Source of the DNA: Eledone cirrhosa
Taxonomy: Eukaryota
Reading direction: 5' to 3'
Length of the DNA stretch: 64,000 nucleotides
Assembly (NCBI GenBank): GCA_964016885.1
Contig: OZ024743.1
Location: 153,264,001-153,328,000, forward strand
Below the pieces are notes generated by a model. The model ran no database searches and was not told the DNA's origin. It saw only the letters and a list, made by a program, of their open reading frames with translations. This document shows positions 11,908-25,162 of this stretch, piece after piece. The first letter of the stretch is position 1; every line of letters starts with the position of its first letter. Both the position numbers and the translations under genes were made by a program.

Positions 11908-12899
11908 GAAAGAAATTGAAAATGCAACTGGAGTCTTTTTAAGAATATCTATTTATTTACTTTACCGGTCCTTATGCTTTTCAAAAGTAAATTTGAGATG
12001 GAAGTTTGTGGTTTGTCAGGCATCAGGTTCGTATTCGAAAGTTCTTTCTGTTTTATGTGGAAAGAGTGCCTCAAATTGCTGGGGTTTTTTTAAAAAGTAA
12101 TTTGGCCCCAGTTCATGTTCCAAAGTTCTTATTGTGTTTGCCTTACCAAATTTGGCTCGAATTATTATTTTTTTAAAAACATAATTTTGTCGATGATGAC
12201 TGTCACATGAATGAGTACATCAAATTTCGCGTCAGTTCCTGTTTGAAGTTTCTTTATTGTATTTGCCATTTTAATTGTTTGTCACATTCATATGATTGGC
12301 CATATAATATAGGTGCCAGAAAAGGATGGTTTGTCAGAAAGTTTTGTGCCAAACAAAAGATAATGGTCAAGAAATAGTTTTGGTTCAGTGAATGTGGGTG
12401 ATGTCGTGCTGAGGTGTCAAAGTTCAACTTGCTTTTGAAATAAATTGAATGTTTAATCTATGTAGTGGTGGCATGGTAGAAAAGAGGAAATAAATGTTTT
12501 TATTTGTGTGCGGATGTGTGTACGTGTGTGTGTGTGTGCGAGCTTAGCAAAGCGGTTTAACGTCTTGATAATAGAAATAAAATTGGTTCCATTAGTAGAA
12601 ATGGAGAAGGGTGTTATGTCTGCAATTGTATGGAGGGTATGGTTGGCATGTTAAGGTGTTAACATATTAAAGTATGTTAAAGTATATTTAGCTCTGGTCT
12701 TTTATTTTAGAATATAGTGAAGGCAGTTATGTGTGTGTGTGTGTGTGTGCGTGTGTGTGTGTGCGTGTGCGTGCGTATGTGTGTGTATATGTGTATGTGT
12801 GTGGATGGTTTAGGATGTTATGCTGTTAACATATTAACTTATATTAAACTATATACTGCTGGTCTATATTTTAGAATAAACATATTTTCCTTATTCATT

Positions 12900-13950
12900 C
12901 GTATTTGGTCTGTTTTACTGTCAGTGCAAAGATAAAGAGGTAAGACTTAGAATTTGGGTGCCTTATTGTTTGCAAATATCACTGAGTGGTATCTGTCTTG
13001 TGGTAGGGTCTCGTATTTGTTGGCGATGAATTGTCATTCTGTTTCTGAGGGTGAGTTAAGTTTGCCGTATATAATCTTCATTACATCCTATACATTTAAT
13101 GGCATAAAGAAAATTTTCTGATGAGCAAGTGAAATGATTTATTATAAAATGTTGTCCTGATTGAAATGTAAGCATGTTGCCTTCAATTGCAAGTTCCGCA
13201 ATTAGACTGACCACATTTTTTTGCTTATGGTTTTGGGTTCGTGGTGGGTAAGTTGGCATTGGTGTGTAATGTTTTTAGTGATATAAGTTGCTTTTGATTA
13301 TTTTGTGTTTGAAGTGCTTTTTTTCATTCTCGGGTCATGTTTCAATAGTGGGATGTTCTTGTGAATAATGTTGTATGCTTTCGTATTTCTTCGGTTGTGT
13401 GTGATAGAATATTAGGCGTACCTTGAATTTGTTTCGGTTTTCGTAATTCTTCAATGTCTATTGATTTAGCGCTTTCTATTCAATTATCTATTAATAACGG
13501 TGGGTACTGCCTTTCGAGCAGAAATTCCTTGAGTCTTTTATTCTGCATTTCACAATTGCAGACAATTGTGCAAATTCTTCTTGCTAGATTAAAAGAGACG
13601 TTCGTTTTCGTGTACTTTGGATAGCTGGAGGGGAATAGCGGGTATTGTTTGGAATCTGTTGGTTTGTAGTGGATGTCAGATTCAATATTTGTGTCTTTTT
13701 TATGATTAAGATATCCATGAATGGGAGTTGATTTTGACTGTATTCCATAGTGATTTGGATACTTTTATTGTTGCTGTTAATTAAATATTTGAATTTATTT
13801 AGTTGGGCGAGTGTGTGAGACCATAGAATAAGGCATTCATCCAAGTAGCGTTTCCAATTCTCTGATAAATATTTGTGGAAGTTCAAGTCGTAATTTAATT
13901 TGGAATGTTCATATATCTGGACTTCCAAGTATGCCATGACTAAGTTAACG
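12900..13950 (-). mobile_element. Neptune-like PLE fragment: RT C-terminus + GIY-YIG, degenerate
   Basis: MAYLE..WKRYLDECLILW..TMEYS..LPFMDILI; FTCSSENFLYAIKCIGC..YI.QT..LRNRMTIHRQQI. Confidence 0.82.
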
Positions 13951-14948
13951 TATCCCCTTCAGCGGTCTCTCTCCTTCATCATCACTGCCATATCCTGCGC
14001 TTCCAAGAGACAAGAGTCTGTCCTTAGGGTATCAACATATGTCAAAAGTATATATTTAAACTTTAAAAAATAACGAAGAGAGGACAAGACAATGAATGAA
14101 GAAAAAAATTTAAAGTTAAACTGCAAACGAAGGACGCAGATGTCATCAGCCATTGAGGTGGACTTTGCCAGTTTCAACCCCTATAAACAGTACTGCTGAC
14201 CCACCTGGAGCTGCGGCGTCTGATACAAACGATGTGCAGTGGAGAAATATTGATTTATAGCAATCTTAAATATAATAAAGAGAGGAGCGAGGGTTTGCAT
14301 CCATAATATATATTTTTTTATCCCGTTTGTAAAATAAGTTGGATTACTTTGAATAAATAATGAATGAATATTACATAATTTATGTACGAAATTTCCTAAC
14401 CCTTGATTAAATATAAATAATGTTATTGCTTATTTTAAGATTCACTTCTTTAGAATTTTCAAATGTAGACACTTTCGGTTAGCGCCCGTTATATTATATC
14501 ACTTATAAAAACATTGCATATATTTCCGTCGCTAATTTTCTCCTAATGCAGTTTATATATAATATCGTCTTTTTTTAAATGTATCATGGATTACTTTACT
14601 GATTACAGAAGAGAGTTTAACGCAGACTCTTTTCAATTTCTGTGGATATTGTCAATTACGATTTTATTTGACATATCATATCTACATGCATATATATTTG
14701 CATATAATATCAATATGCACACTACACATGCTAGCAGAAAACTGCTAGTTAACCTATAATTATACATAGTAATTATGTGACGTCGGGGAGAAACTGTGGT
14801 GCCTCTTATAGCACGAGAGTCATGAATAAAACAAAAAAAGAAAGGAAGAAAATAAAGCAACAAGAAGAAAGTAAGATATCGTGTTAAAAAATGTGTAGAC
14901 CATTGCAATAAATGGGGGAGAAGAGGTAACACGTTCATCACATTAGTA

Positions 14949-14998
<50 letters not shown>

Positions 14999-14999
<1 letters not shown>

Positions 15000-17900
15000 T
15001 AGCTGAGCTACCCGGTGATACCCGGGTATTTTATGAAAGTTACAATATATTTGGCACACATTACAAAATATTTGACCATTCAAATATGATTGCTGAATTT
15101 TAACCAAAGTAGAAATTATAGCAGAATATTTATTGCCGTAAATCATCTAGATAAAAATATTAGTTTTTTTCCAGTGGTGATTTTTTTAATACTGCTCCCT
15201 CTTACAGTCAACATATATAATGCTTTACTCATAGATGAATCATTAGGTATGTTTTAGTGAAAAGGGCATGACCAAAATAATACATTTAGATTTTTTTTTA
15301 TTTATCCTTTTCTTTCTTTTTTTTTTTGCTCAATCTGAACCTCTGAAATTCAAACATGTAAAGACTATTTTAAAAACCCTAAATAAAATAAGAAAATAAT
15401 GTTAGCATTGGTTTATGATTGAATGAAGCATTTACTTACTCATTTCTGTAATTCGGAGAAAGTGTATTTAAATTTGTACACTGTAGCTTTCACCAATCTT
15501 TGCCTCTATGGCAGTAGGATCTTGTTTGAGGGAGATTTGTTTTCTATTTCTATTAGCTATACCAACAGTTATAGTGGCTCACATGACATACATAGATACA
15601 TACACACACATGTATGTGTGTAACACAGTTGTTTGTGATTTGAAATGGATTTTGCTAATATTTCTAGTAGATCGAGTTATCACATACAAACCATTCCTTA
15701 TTGCTTCATACATATATACATGCCTGAGAAAGTATGGTCGGATTTGAAGGAAATTTGGATGCTATTTCTACCCAACAAAGTCCTCACTTAAACTACTTTA
15801 TGTAGCAGAGGTACTCGGAAATACCTGTATATTGTTCCAAAGTAACACCATGCAATACATTTGCGGCTTCAGAATTCTTTGCAAACCACATGACTAAGGA
15901 ATTAGGATCTGTGTGTATTGTCATTAAATGAGGAATTACGACATTGTTCATTCCAAAGACTCTGGATAAACAACATTCTTGGTTTTTCCCTGTGATGCCA
16001 CAATGAAGACACAATCACGGTTCCCAACATACCATGTGAAAAGACAGGATCTGCCAGATTCAACCCAACGACTTTCAATGATTGCCCTTGAGATGTATTA
16101 ATGGTCATGGCAAAACTGAGCCTGATCGGAAATTGAACCATCGTCACTCCTCCCATTATGCAACTATTTTCTCTCAGATCCCTTATGGTCCGGTCCAAAG
16201 CTTCAATTGTTCCTTTATGGCTCATAGTAGCTTCATCCCAAATTATCATCTAGCATGTTTGCAGAAGCTTGCCCTTGGGTGAGTTCTTCTTGATGTTGCA
16301 AAAAGATTGTTCATGCCGTGTGAGATTTATAGGCAGCTTAAACATGGAGTGTGCAGTTCTTCCTCCATCCAGAAGTGTTGCTGCAATGCCACTTGAAGCC
16401 ACAGCAAGGGCAATATGTTGCTTTTGGAGAACTTTTGCAAGCAGGAGGTTTATGAGGAATGTCTTGCCTGTGCCAGCAGGAGCATCGATGAAGAAAAGTC
16501 TTCCCCTGTCATTTTGAATGTTTTCGATGATGTTGTGGTAGGCGTATTTCTGATCATCCATCAATCGAAGTTCATTTTCATCCACAAACGTACGCAAGGC
16601 TTGAATATCGTAGTTTTTCTTTTGAAAATGTATTGTGTTAGCTACATTTCTTCATCTGGCTCTGGCCTCCCGCAGTTAGCTAATGTGTTATTCATTGCCT
16701 GAACTCGATGGGACAGGTCACAGAGAGCTTGATTGTAAATCCTGGGGGTATATTCCATATACATATTGCCATGATGTCTTCGGGCTAGGTGTAGATAGTC
16801 GTCCGACATATTGTTTTTGTACTCCTGCCAGAGTAGATGAGCTTCATCAATTCCACATGATGTGAGCATAATAGCAAATAATTGTCTTATTTGACTGGCT
16901 ACTTGAGTGATTGCTGCTTTTTTAAGGCACTTCTTCCAGTGTCCATTGTCATGCAGGAGTTCATGCTGTTTACATGCTTCTTGGTATGTTGCGCACTCCC
17001 TTCCTCTGAAGCACCTAAGATCCTCAAATTACGTTGGTCCTCGAACAGTATGCAGAAGTAGCCATAAATAAAAACATTCTCTGTTGTTGGGATGGACATT
17101 GTAAAAACGCCCAATAGCATCACTTGACTTAAATTCACGACCTTCCACTAAATCACACTGCTTTCTTCGATTCCAGGTCTTGCAATTAGTCCAGTTGTAG
17201 TATGTTGGGACTTCAGCATAGGAGGGATCGAACAAATTCATCATTCTGGCAGAGTTTAAAGAAAGCAATTAGTGTAGTGTCATGTGATGCTTGTGCCAAC
17301 TGATGAGCAGTGATCTCAGTGAAGTACACTCTCTGTCCATTTTCCATATGGACTGCGAGGTTGACCACTGTTGAGTGAAGTTGATGGATATCAAATCCAA
17401 AGATTCACCAGATAGCTTCATTGCTGGAGATGTATCGCCCTGTTTGATGCCGTTTGACCTCATCTAGCCCACCATCATTGAGTTCTTTGTCAGTAATAAA
17501 GGTAACCATTTTTCTGTCCTTGTTGATATATTTTGTGACATATAGGATTGCCTTAACGGAGCTGCAATACTCAATATTGATATGAGCTTTTAAAAGTTTA
17601 CACAAGAATTTGTGTGGGACGACCCACTGATTGTTTATGGTCAACTCCTCTCCTCAAACTGTTAGGCTTGCAGTATTGCCTCCATGTTCTGGCCTACACC
17701 TACGATAAAGGGGGTATCCATTATTGTCAGTGCGAGATCCCTGAATAAAAGCTCTAGAATAATGTTTGTTGCATTTTTTTATCTTTCATGCAGGGAGAGG
17801 CAGGATTGATGACTCCACATGGACCATGAATGAGTTTGGACTTGATGGTTTCAAAGAGCTCTGGATCACCACCTTTATCAGGCAACTCTGCTGAAATGAT

Positions 17901-18030
17901 CTTATCAAAAATCATCTGGTCTTATCTTCTCCTTGTACCAGATTAGTGTGTGAGAGTGAGGAAGACCTCTCTTCTGCCATTCAATAGTGGTCATCCAAGC
18001 ACTAAGTTCACCAAGTAGTTGCCATCGGCT
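14999..18030 (-). mobile_element. Helitron (Rep/PIF1 helicase pseudogene) with intact 3' terminus
   Basis: HUH motif IEWQKRGLPHSH (~17945-17990), HGPCG, GYPLYRR; helicase [34 protein letters not shown]. 3' hairpin (15009-15028) followed by CTAG|T at 14999-15002. Confidence 0.92.
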
Positions 18031-19154
18031 GCTCTGAGGAATTCAACCCCATTAATCCAGATATCAGCTAAGTGTTTATAGCCATAAACTAAGGGAAAAT
18101 GATAGCTTTTTACTGTGTTAAATAGATTACTGAATCACAGCTTTCAGATGTCAGCAGACAAACATCTGTATGTAAGCAAAGAAGATATGTAGCAGATCTC
18201 TCGATGTGTTTATGCACAGAGAATGATGTGTTTATGCACAGAGATGCTATAAAATAGGTAAAGAGAATTAAAAGATGGGAAAAGCAGTTGCGATCAGTCT
18301 CTATGAGAAATTGAACCTCAAGCTATTTTATAGCATCTTTGCACATGAGTGCATCATTCTTTATATTAACTTTAGATTCTAAGCGCTGAAAGAATCAGTG
18401 ATCGGCTACTATAATTACTATGATGGTTAAAACTAGAATTATCACTATTAGTTGGAGTATTTCTATTAATAATCAAATTATTAAATGGGTTATTATACTC
18501 ATTTAAAATATCATTGTTATTTGGTGTGCCAATATGCTTATTAGTTTACCTATTATTAACGGTTAAGTAATTAGCTAAATTTGGTGTTATCAAAAAAATA
18601 ATTTTATAGTGTTCTTATTTATACGCTTATGTCATTTATGATTACTAATAAATTGACCTGCTAATTGATAATTGTATGTCAATATGAAGGTATTATCGTT
18701 TTAGAAAAAAATATACGTATATCTCTCAATTCATGTTATTTGTTATTAGCGATACGCACATAAAATGAATAAATTACATAAATTAATCTATAATCTGGGT
18801 TATTTATTCAATATACATAATCTCCTTCTGACATGAAAGGCAGAAACCAAGGGTGAGTTATTGCATAATTCCATGAAGATGAAATCCTATCAATGACATT
18901 ATAATTCTTAAGCAATAGAACATAGTTTGATGTACATAATAACAGCCACAATAACCCCAAATGTTGATAGAAAATATGAGAAAGTATGAATCCATTTGTA
19001 ATAGGAAACTCTTTAAGTTTACCAACATCAAATTGTCAAATAAAATTTTCTCAAAAATGTCACATCATCATGACATGCAGTGCCTCAACCTGGTCTTACT
19101 GCCATTATTCGATAGAGGTTCGGATGCCATGCTTTGCAGCATAGAGTTATGCTG

Positions 19155-19236
19155 AGGTTAACTTCGCCTTTCATTCTTACGGAGTTAATAAAATGTATTG
19201 GAATAATTTTTGGCCTCGTGCCAAAAGTAGAAACAA
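19155..19236 (+). mobile_element. Degenerate Nin-domain SINE fragment
   Basis: GAGGTTAACTTCGCCTTTCATTCTTACGG...GTGCCAAAAGTAGAAACAAT. Confidence 0.6.
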
Positions 19237-19881
19237 TGTTTCTATTGAAACAAAAGAGACAACAATATACTGGTTCACTACCTGCATGAGAGTGAAAATT
19301 ATCCAGAGTATAAATGTAAATTTCTCCACAGGAGAAGTAACAATATTTGGTTCAAGGAACATTGAAAGCCCTCTCCAGCTTCATCCGATTTGAATTTCCA
19401 AAAACCACAATAGAAATCAACTAAGAAAGAGATCTGTAAAATAATACATCTCAAAACATTTCTCTGCAAGACAATGGAATGGAACTGAAGCAATTTATGT
19501 CAATAAGGCAATCTATATATGCATTAAACATGTCCCACTGATGAAAGCCAATGTCCATAAAAATATTATCCTCAGAGACATGAACATTCCTACGAGACAA
19601 AGAAAAAAAGTTTCGAATTGGTTTAGTGTACAAATATTGGAATACGGGGTGATAATTTCTAAATGTCATTCATAGGCATTCAATATAAACATTTTCTCAT
19701 ATAATGGGAAAATACTAAAACCAAAGGTGTAGAAAACGAAAATTGAAAAAAAAACAAAACAAAAACAAAATGAAAACAATCTCAAAGTGTTACACAGATT
19801 CTCCTTAAAACAATATCTGTATACACAAAAAATGTCAATTCTTTTTAAGAAAGTCAGTGACGAACTACAGAACCTTCTGGA

Positions 19882-19914
<33 letters not shown>

Positions 19915-19929
19915 TTTTCATCTCATAAT

Positions 19930-20690
19930 TATTCCTGGGAGGGACATGGGGCAGAGTCATCAAACAATCCTTCCAACGGATCCTGTCAGAAGCAACCGTA
20001 TCCAATTGATCACGCGAGATGCAACTGATCAAACGAGACCAACTGATCTCGTGAATGTTATTCACCATCTTGCTCAAGGTCTACCCATTGGCCCTCCTGC
20101 TGATTAGTTTTGCCCGTAATAACTGCTCTACATGAAGTGACTCTCAGATTTCAGAGCTTACGCATTATAGCGAGCAATGTTACTCCAAAACTCTCCGGCA
20201 GAATGCCATTTCGACTGCTTGATTTGCTTGTATTTGTGATCATATTCATTTGGTCATTACCATAGGTAAGGGTTGATACAAATACTGAAGTGAAGATAGC
20301 AAGTTTGGATTTTACACATGTCTCCCTTCTGATGATCAACTGTTCTTCAACTAGCTTGGATTCGATAATCTCCCTACATCTCTTTGCCAGGAAGAGATCC
20401 CTATATAATTGAAGTAATCTCTCTTGTCTGCCTTTTTGAAAATTGGGATTATCACTCCAGATTGCCATTGATTAGGTGTCCTTCCAGAGATCCAGGCCAC
20501 CCAGTACACAAGAATTAGCCAAATAATACCTTCTTTATTAAAGGCTTTTAACATCTCTGGATGAATCTTATCCTCCCCAGAGACTTTGCCCTATTTGAGC
20601 TCTTTAATTACTCTTGTGTCCCTAGCCTCCTCAAGATTAATTTGGATTCACTTCATGTACCTCAGAATGTGTTGTTGTGATCGGATTTAG
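19930..20690 (-). mobile_element. RTE-type LINE fragments, degenerate
   Basis: GKVSGEDKIHPEMLK, PNQWQSGVIIPIFKKAD..NYIGIS, KLAIFTSVFVSTLTYG. Confidence 0.7.
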
Positions 20691-21010
20691 GAGATCATTA
20701 ATATAGCTGACATTTGAAAAAGCTTTCAAGAAAGTCGATTATAGGAAAATATAGCATATGCTATGCATCTCAGCATAGTGGAAATATATGTCAGCTCGGT
20801 ATAGAGTAGCTATAAAATTTTCTAAGAGAGCACAGTCAGGTTTTTACTATCAAGTGTGCTATCATAGAAGACAGAATAATCCAGCGAGGAATACACAAGA
20901 AACTGTAGTGGGGGTTCTCTTATTCATAGTCTCAGATACCAGTGTAGCCTTTCCTTAGATATGCTGTTGATATCAACATATCAAAAACAATGAGTTTCTG
21001 ACATCAAAGC

Positions 21011-21056
<46 letters not shown>

Positions 21057-21893
21057 GTATATATATAGAGAGAGCGAGAGCAAGAAAGAGAGAGATACAT
21101 ACATATACACATGTATATGTATGATTACATAATTAACACACATTTGCATAAATATATACAGTTTTAGTACAAATATATTGATATTGTCACATGAACATTA
21201 TGGCAGAAGGCCCCTAGAGATATAGCAAACTTTGGGAGATGCTTACCATGGAAACATATGATTAGGATTTGCAGTAGCAGGCACGGTCACCAGACATGTT
21301 TTATAGAAGAACCACAGATGTCCACTAAAAGTAAGAACCTAAAAAGAAAAATAGTATTGTATATCTTACACTTAACACCAAACATTAAATTCAGAAAGTC
21401 TTCTACACCTTTCCCAAACTGCGACAGTGCTGACATTATGAGATAGACTATAGTTTATTGAAGCATATGTTCTATAATACCATAAATCAAATCTATATCA
21501 GAACTAACCAACAAACCTATTAAAACATAGAAAATTAAGCGATGTAGCTGTAACATTTATAATTGATTACAAACTAGAGAGAAAAGCAAAACGTAAAGTG
21601 TTTATCACAATCAACAATCACAAAAATTAACTTTGCTTCTTAAGTGGATAAAACTAGTTAGATCTAAGATCAAATTAGCTACAGAGAAAATTCTAAGAAA
21701 GATTAATGACAATACCAGGAATGCCACCAACTTTCCCCACTCAAGTAATATTTATGCAGTCATAATTTAGTTCATAAAGTTTAATTTATCCAATATGCTA
21801 TTCTAGATTCTTATATATCGATCTCAAAAGCATTATTATATAAGATACTAAAATTTTCCAAAATTTACTGCACCATATACGATAATGATATAG

Positions 21894-22083
21894 AATTGTT
21901 TCTACTTTTGGCACAATGCCAGCAATTATCCCAGGGTATTACTGGTACTTTATTTTATCGACCCCATAAGGATGAAAGGCAAAGTTAACCTCGGCGGGAT
22001 TTGAACTCAGATCATAAAGGGCTGTAAATCTTTGCTGCAAAGCATGGCGTCCGACTCTCTACCGATACTGCCAATCCACCGCC
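21894..22083 (-). mobile_element. tRNA-derived SINE with Nin-like central domain
   Basis: Minus strand: A-box TGGCAGTATCGG, B-box GAGTTCAAATCC, GCCTTTCATCCTTATGGGGTCGATAAAATAAAGTACCAG, tail AGTAGAAACAATT. Confidence 0.88.
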
Positions 22084-23100
22084 ATGCTTGTTAGAAAGAC
22101 TGCTTTTTAAAAAGGACTCTGCTTGAGACAAGAAATCTGACTCAGTCTGTTCCTTTGGTTGAAGCATGGCCTCATTTGATAGCTCACAAAGTATGCAATC
22201 TTATGGGAATGTATATTTTAGATAACTTAAATGAAACATTTCCCCTCTATAGACATATATAGAGATGACCATTTTGTTATCCATAAACCTAAAAATACAA
22301 TAAACATGCTAAGGCGGAGGTTATAACTAGTGTGAACATTGGCACCACAATAAAATGCAATATTGGTATGAACATTTCAATCGCAACACTATTTTAGAAA
22401 CATTAATAAACGAAGTGCAACAAGGTTCATGAGTCTCATTTGTTTAAAGAAAAAAACAATGCATACTATGATAAAGGGTAATTGCACGACTTGGGACTTA
22501 TATAAATGTTAGCAAAAATGTGATCTCTGCAATGTGGAGAAAAGGCCGATCCTTACTACTGTTAGGGATATATGTGTCGATGTCAGTCTGTGGTATTAAT
22601 TTCATATTACATAACTGAATATAGCCACCCTACATTGTGCTCATACATGTGTAAATAGTGAATAAATGTATGCTGAACTTTTGAATATATATTTCTATTT
22701 TCTGAACCATATGCCATAGTTATCTTTTAGAGAACTCATTTCTTCATTAGGAATTATTTAGAATTCACTGTAAATCAATAGGTCTGATACTACATGGACA
22801 TAATAACTTTTGTTTATTTATCAATAATCACTCTTTGACCATGAATTATGGGTACCAAAAACAACTTCCTGAAGACATACAGGCATTAAGATGCCAATCA
22901 GTGTCTGGTGATAGATGTTCGACATATTCAAGCTTTTTGAAAGTGATACATACAATAGATTGACGAAGGTCTTATAATTGTAAAACATAAATTAAGTTTA
23001 TATTCTTTATATTGAGTGGCCTTTGGAACTTGCTTGATCCTCTTATTTATACATACATACTTACATACACACACAACACAGACTCTCGCTCTCTCTCTCG

Positions 23101-23156
<56 letters not shown>

Positions 23157-23354
23157 CACACACACACACATACATATACATATATATATATATATATATA
23201 TATTTCCTACTGATTTGCAGCTGAGAGAAAAAGTACTCAATACCGATATATATGTGGGTGGGAGTGTGAGTGCGCGTTTGTGTATGTGAAAAGTAAACTA
23301 AAACAACACACCAAATGATGCAGTACAAGACTTGATATTTCAGGAGTAAAAGTG

Positions 23355-23390
23355 TCTTAAAGTTTCGGAGGCTAGTCCTTCTTCAGAAGA
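23355..23390 (-). ncRNA. Minimal type I hammerhead motif (probably degenerate)
   Basis: Minus strand TCTT-CTGAAGA-A-GGA-CTAGCC-TCC-GAAA-CT-TT-AAGA. Helices I and II pair; the helix III palindrome is imperfect. Confidence 0.6.
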
Positions 23391-24164
23391 TAGAATGAGA
23401 AATAAAAGAAAAAAATTGAAAGATAGGAGAGGATGAAAAGAGAATGAAATGGATGTATATATAAATAGCAAATATAAAACTATATATATAAAACTCCTAT
23501 AAATGCAGAAAATTATGTATGAGAGTATATAATATATATATATATTTATATATATGTATATGGGTGTATACATATGTATGTATATATGTGTGTATATGTA
23601 TGTATGTATGTATGTATATATTTATATGTGGATAAATGCTGTTTTATTTATTTAATTATATTTCTATGCTAATAGATGATTTCGAAGAGTTATTTGCCTT
23701 AGAGTATAAATCTGAATCCTTTAGTAAGAAATGTTTTTATTTTGTTTTTTGAAAAAAAGATCTTTTTTTCTTTGTTGTTTTTTAACAGTAGGAAACATTA
23801 AAGTGGATTAATAAATAATTCGCTATGCCAATAGATAGACTTCAGATATAAGATGGGAATTGAATTTCTGATATATTCTGCTTCAATTTTATGTTTCCTT
23901 TAATTCTCCAAATATGGAGAAGTACAAATACCTATATATCATTGTGTATGTATAGATCTTGATTATACGAATTTTCACCTAACATTATTAAAATAATTTG
24001 ATTGATATCTCTTTTGAAACAAACCAAAATAGAATTATAAGGATTCATTGAAAGCCTCCTAGAAAGATGCTAACATCTCTGATGATACATGGGAAAGCGT
24101 AGCTACTGATCGTAATAAATGAAGAAAGTATGTACATGAGTGGAAAGTTGCTTTTGAAGCATCT

Positions 24165-24760
24165 CAAATTCTATTTTCCCATCTGTTTTTAGAATGAGAA
24201 TATCCAGGAAGGCTAATTCCTTGGAGTTAGAATCCATTGTGAATTGTATATTATTGTTAATGTTGTTTATCATATTCTTGAAAAGGGTGAGTGTATTTGT
24301 GTCTCCCTGCCATAGAATGAAGCAATCGTTTGGTATCTCTTCCAGTTGTTTTTGAGATGTGTAAGGAAAGAGTCTCCGAATAATAGAAGGGATTGGTTGT
24401 AGATTTGTTGTTCGTGGAATCCCATGCCTAAGAAGGGTGTATGTGAAGGCTATCTTTGTGCCCATTGCAGTTCCTGAGATTTGTCGGTATGTTGAGTCAT
24501 TGAAAGTAAAGAAATTATTCTGTAAGATAAATCCGTGTCCATCAATAATGAAATTTTGTTGATGCGTGTTGGCATTTCTGATTGGTGAGTGTCTAGCCAA
24601 AACTGGATTGCTGTTATTCCATAGTTATGGGTATGTTAGTGTAGAGATTTATTACATCAAAGGAGACTAGAATAGTGTTTTCACTTACTGTTTTGGGTAG
24701 GTGGTTCAGCATATCCAGGTCATCTCGTATGTAGCTCTGTATATTGTGTAGTAAGGGCTT
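24165..24760 (-). mobile_element. Neptune-like PLE RT fragment, inverted copy of ~26570-27110
   Basis: NNFFTFNDSTYRQISGTAMGTK, DCFILW, FTMDSNSKELAFLDILI; high similarity to the plus-strand copy. Confidence 0.85.
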
Positions 24761-25123
24761 CTGGTTTTTAGCCTTTAACTTGTGACAATTTTATGAATTT
24801 TGTAGAAAAAATGTTACTTAATTCCCTCTGTGTGTGTATGTATTTATTTATTTATTTATATATACACGCAATGCGTCTCGTTTTTAAAAATAATTTTTAA
24901 TTTCTTTATCCCTTCTTGAACTATTGACTACTAGATTAACAATACATTCACAAGATATTTTTCCAAACAATTTCCTCCCTTGCAGAAAAACAAGTACTGT
25001 TCTCATTCCACCCACCCTTTCAACAGGATGGAAAAAGATTTATTCAAACATTCGATTTTGATTTTGATTTTAAACCTTTCCTTTTTGTCTCCTATCAACT
25101 CTTTTTAATTTTTTACACTTTAC

Positions 25124-25162
25124 ATTTGACAAGATGGATATTAATACATCGAAACCGGTAAT
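25124..25162 (+). ncRNA. Hammerhead variant with U3-A8 core (pLTR copy 1)
   Basis: AT-TTGACAA-GATG-(10 nt)-CATC-GAAA-CCGG-TA-AT; palindromic helix III ACCGGT; helix I only ~2 bp. Confidence 0.65.

Noticed and set aside
19282-19590. Possible minus-strand host exon(s) with good acceptor-like sites
   Set aside because: All frames contain stops and no protein is recognisable. A non-coding or terminal exon cannot be excluded without RNA data.
21894-22083. tRNA gene
   Set aside because: A/B boxes are present but there is no cloverleaf. It is followed by a SINE core and tail and is multicopy.
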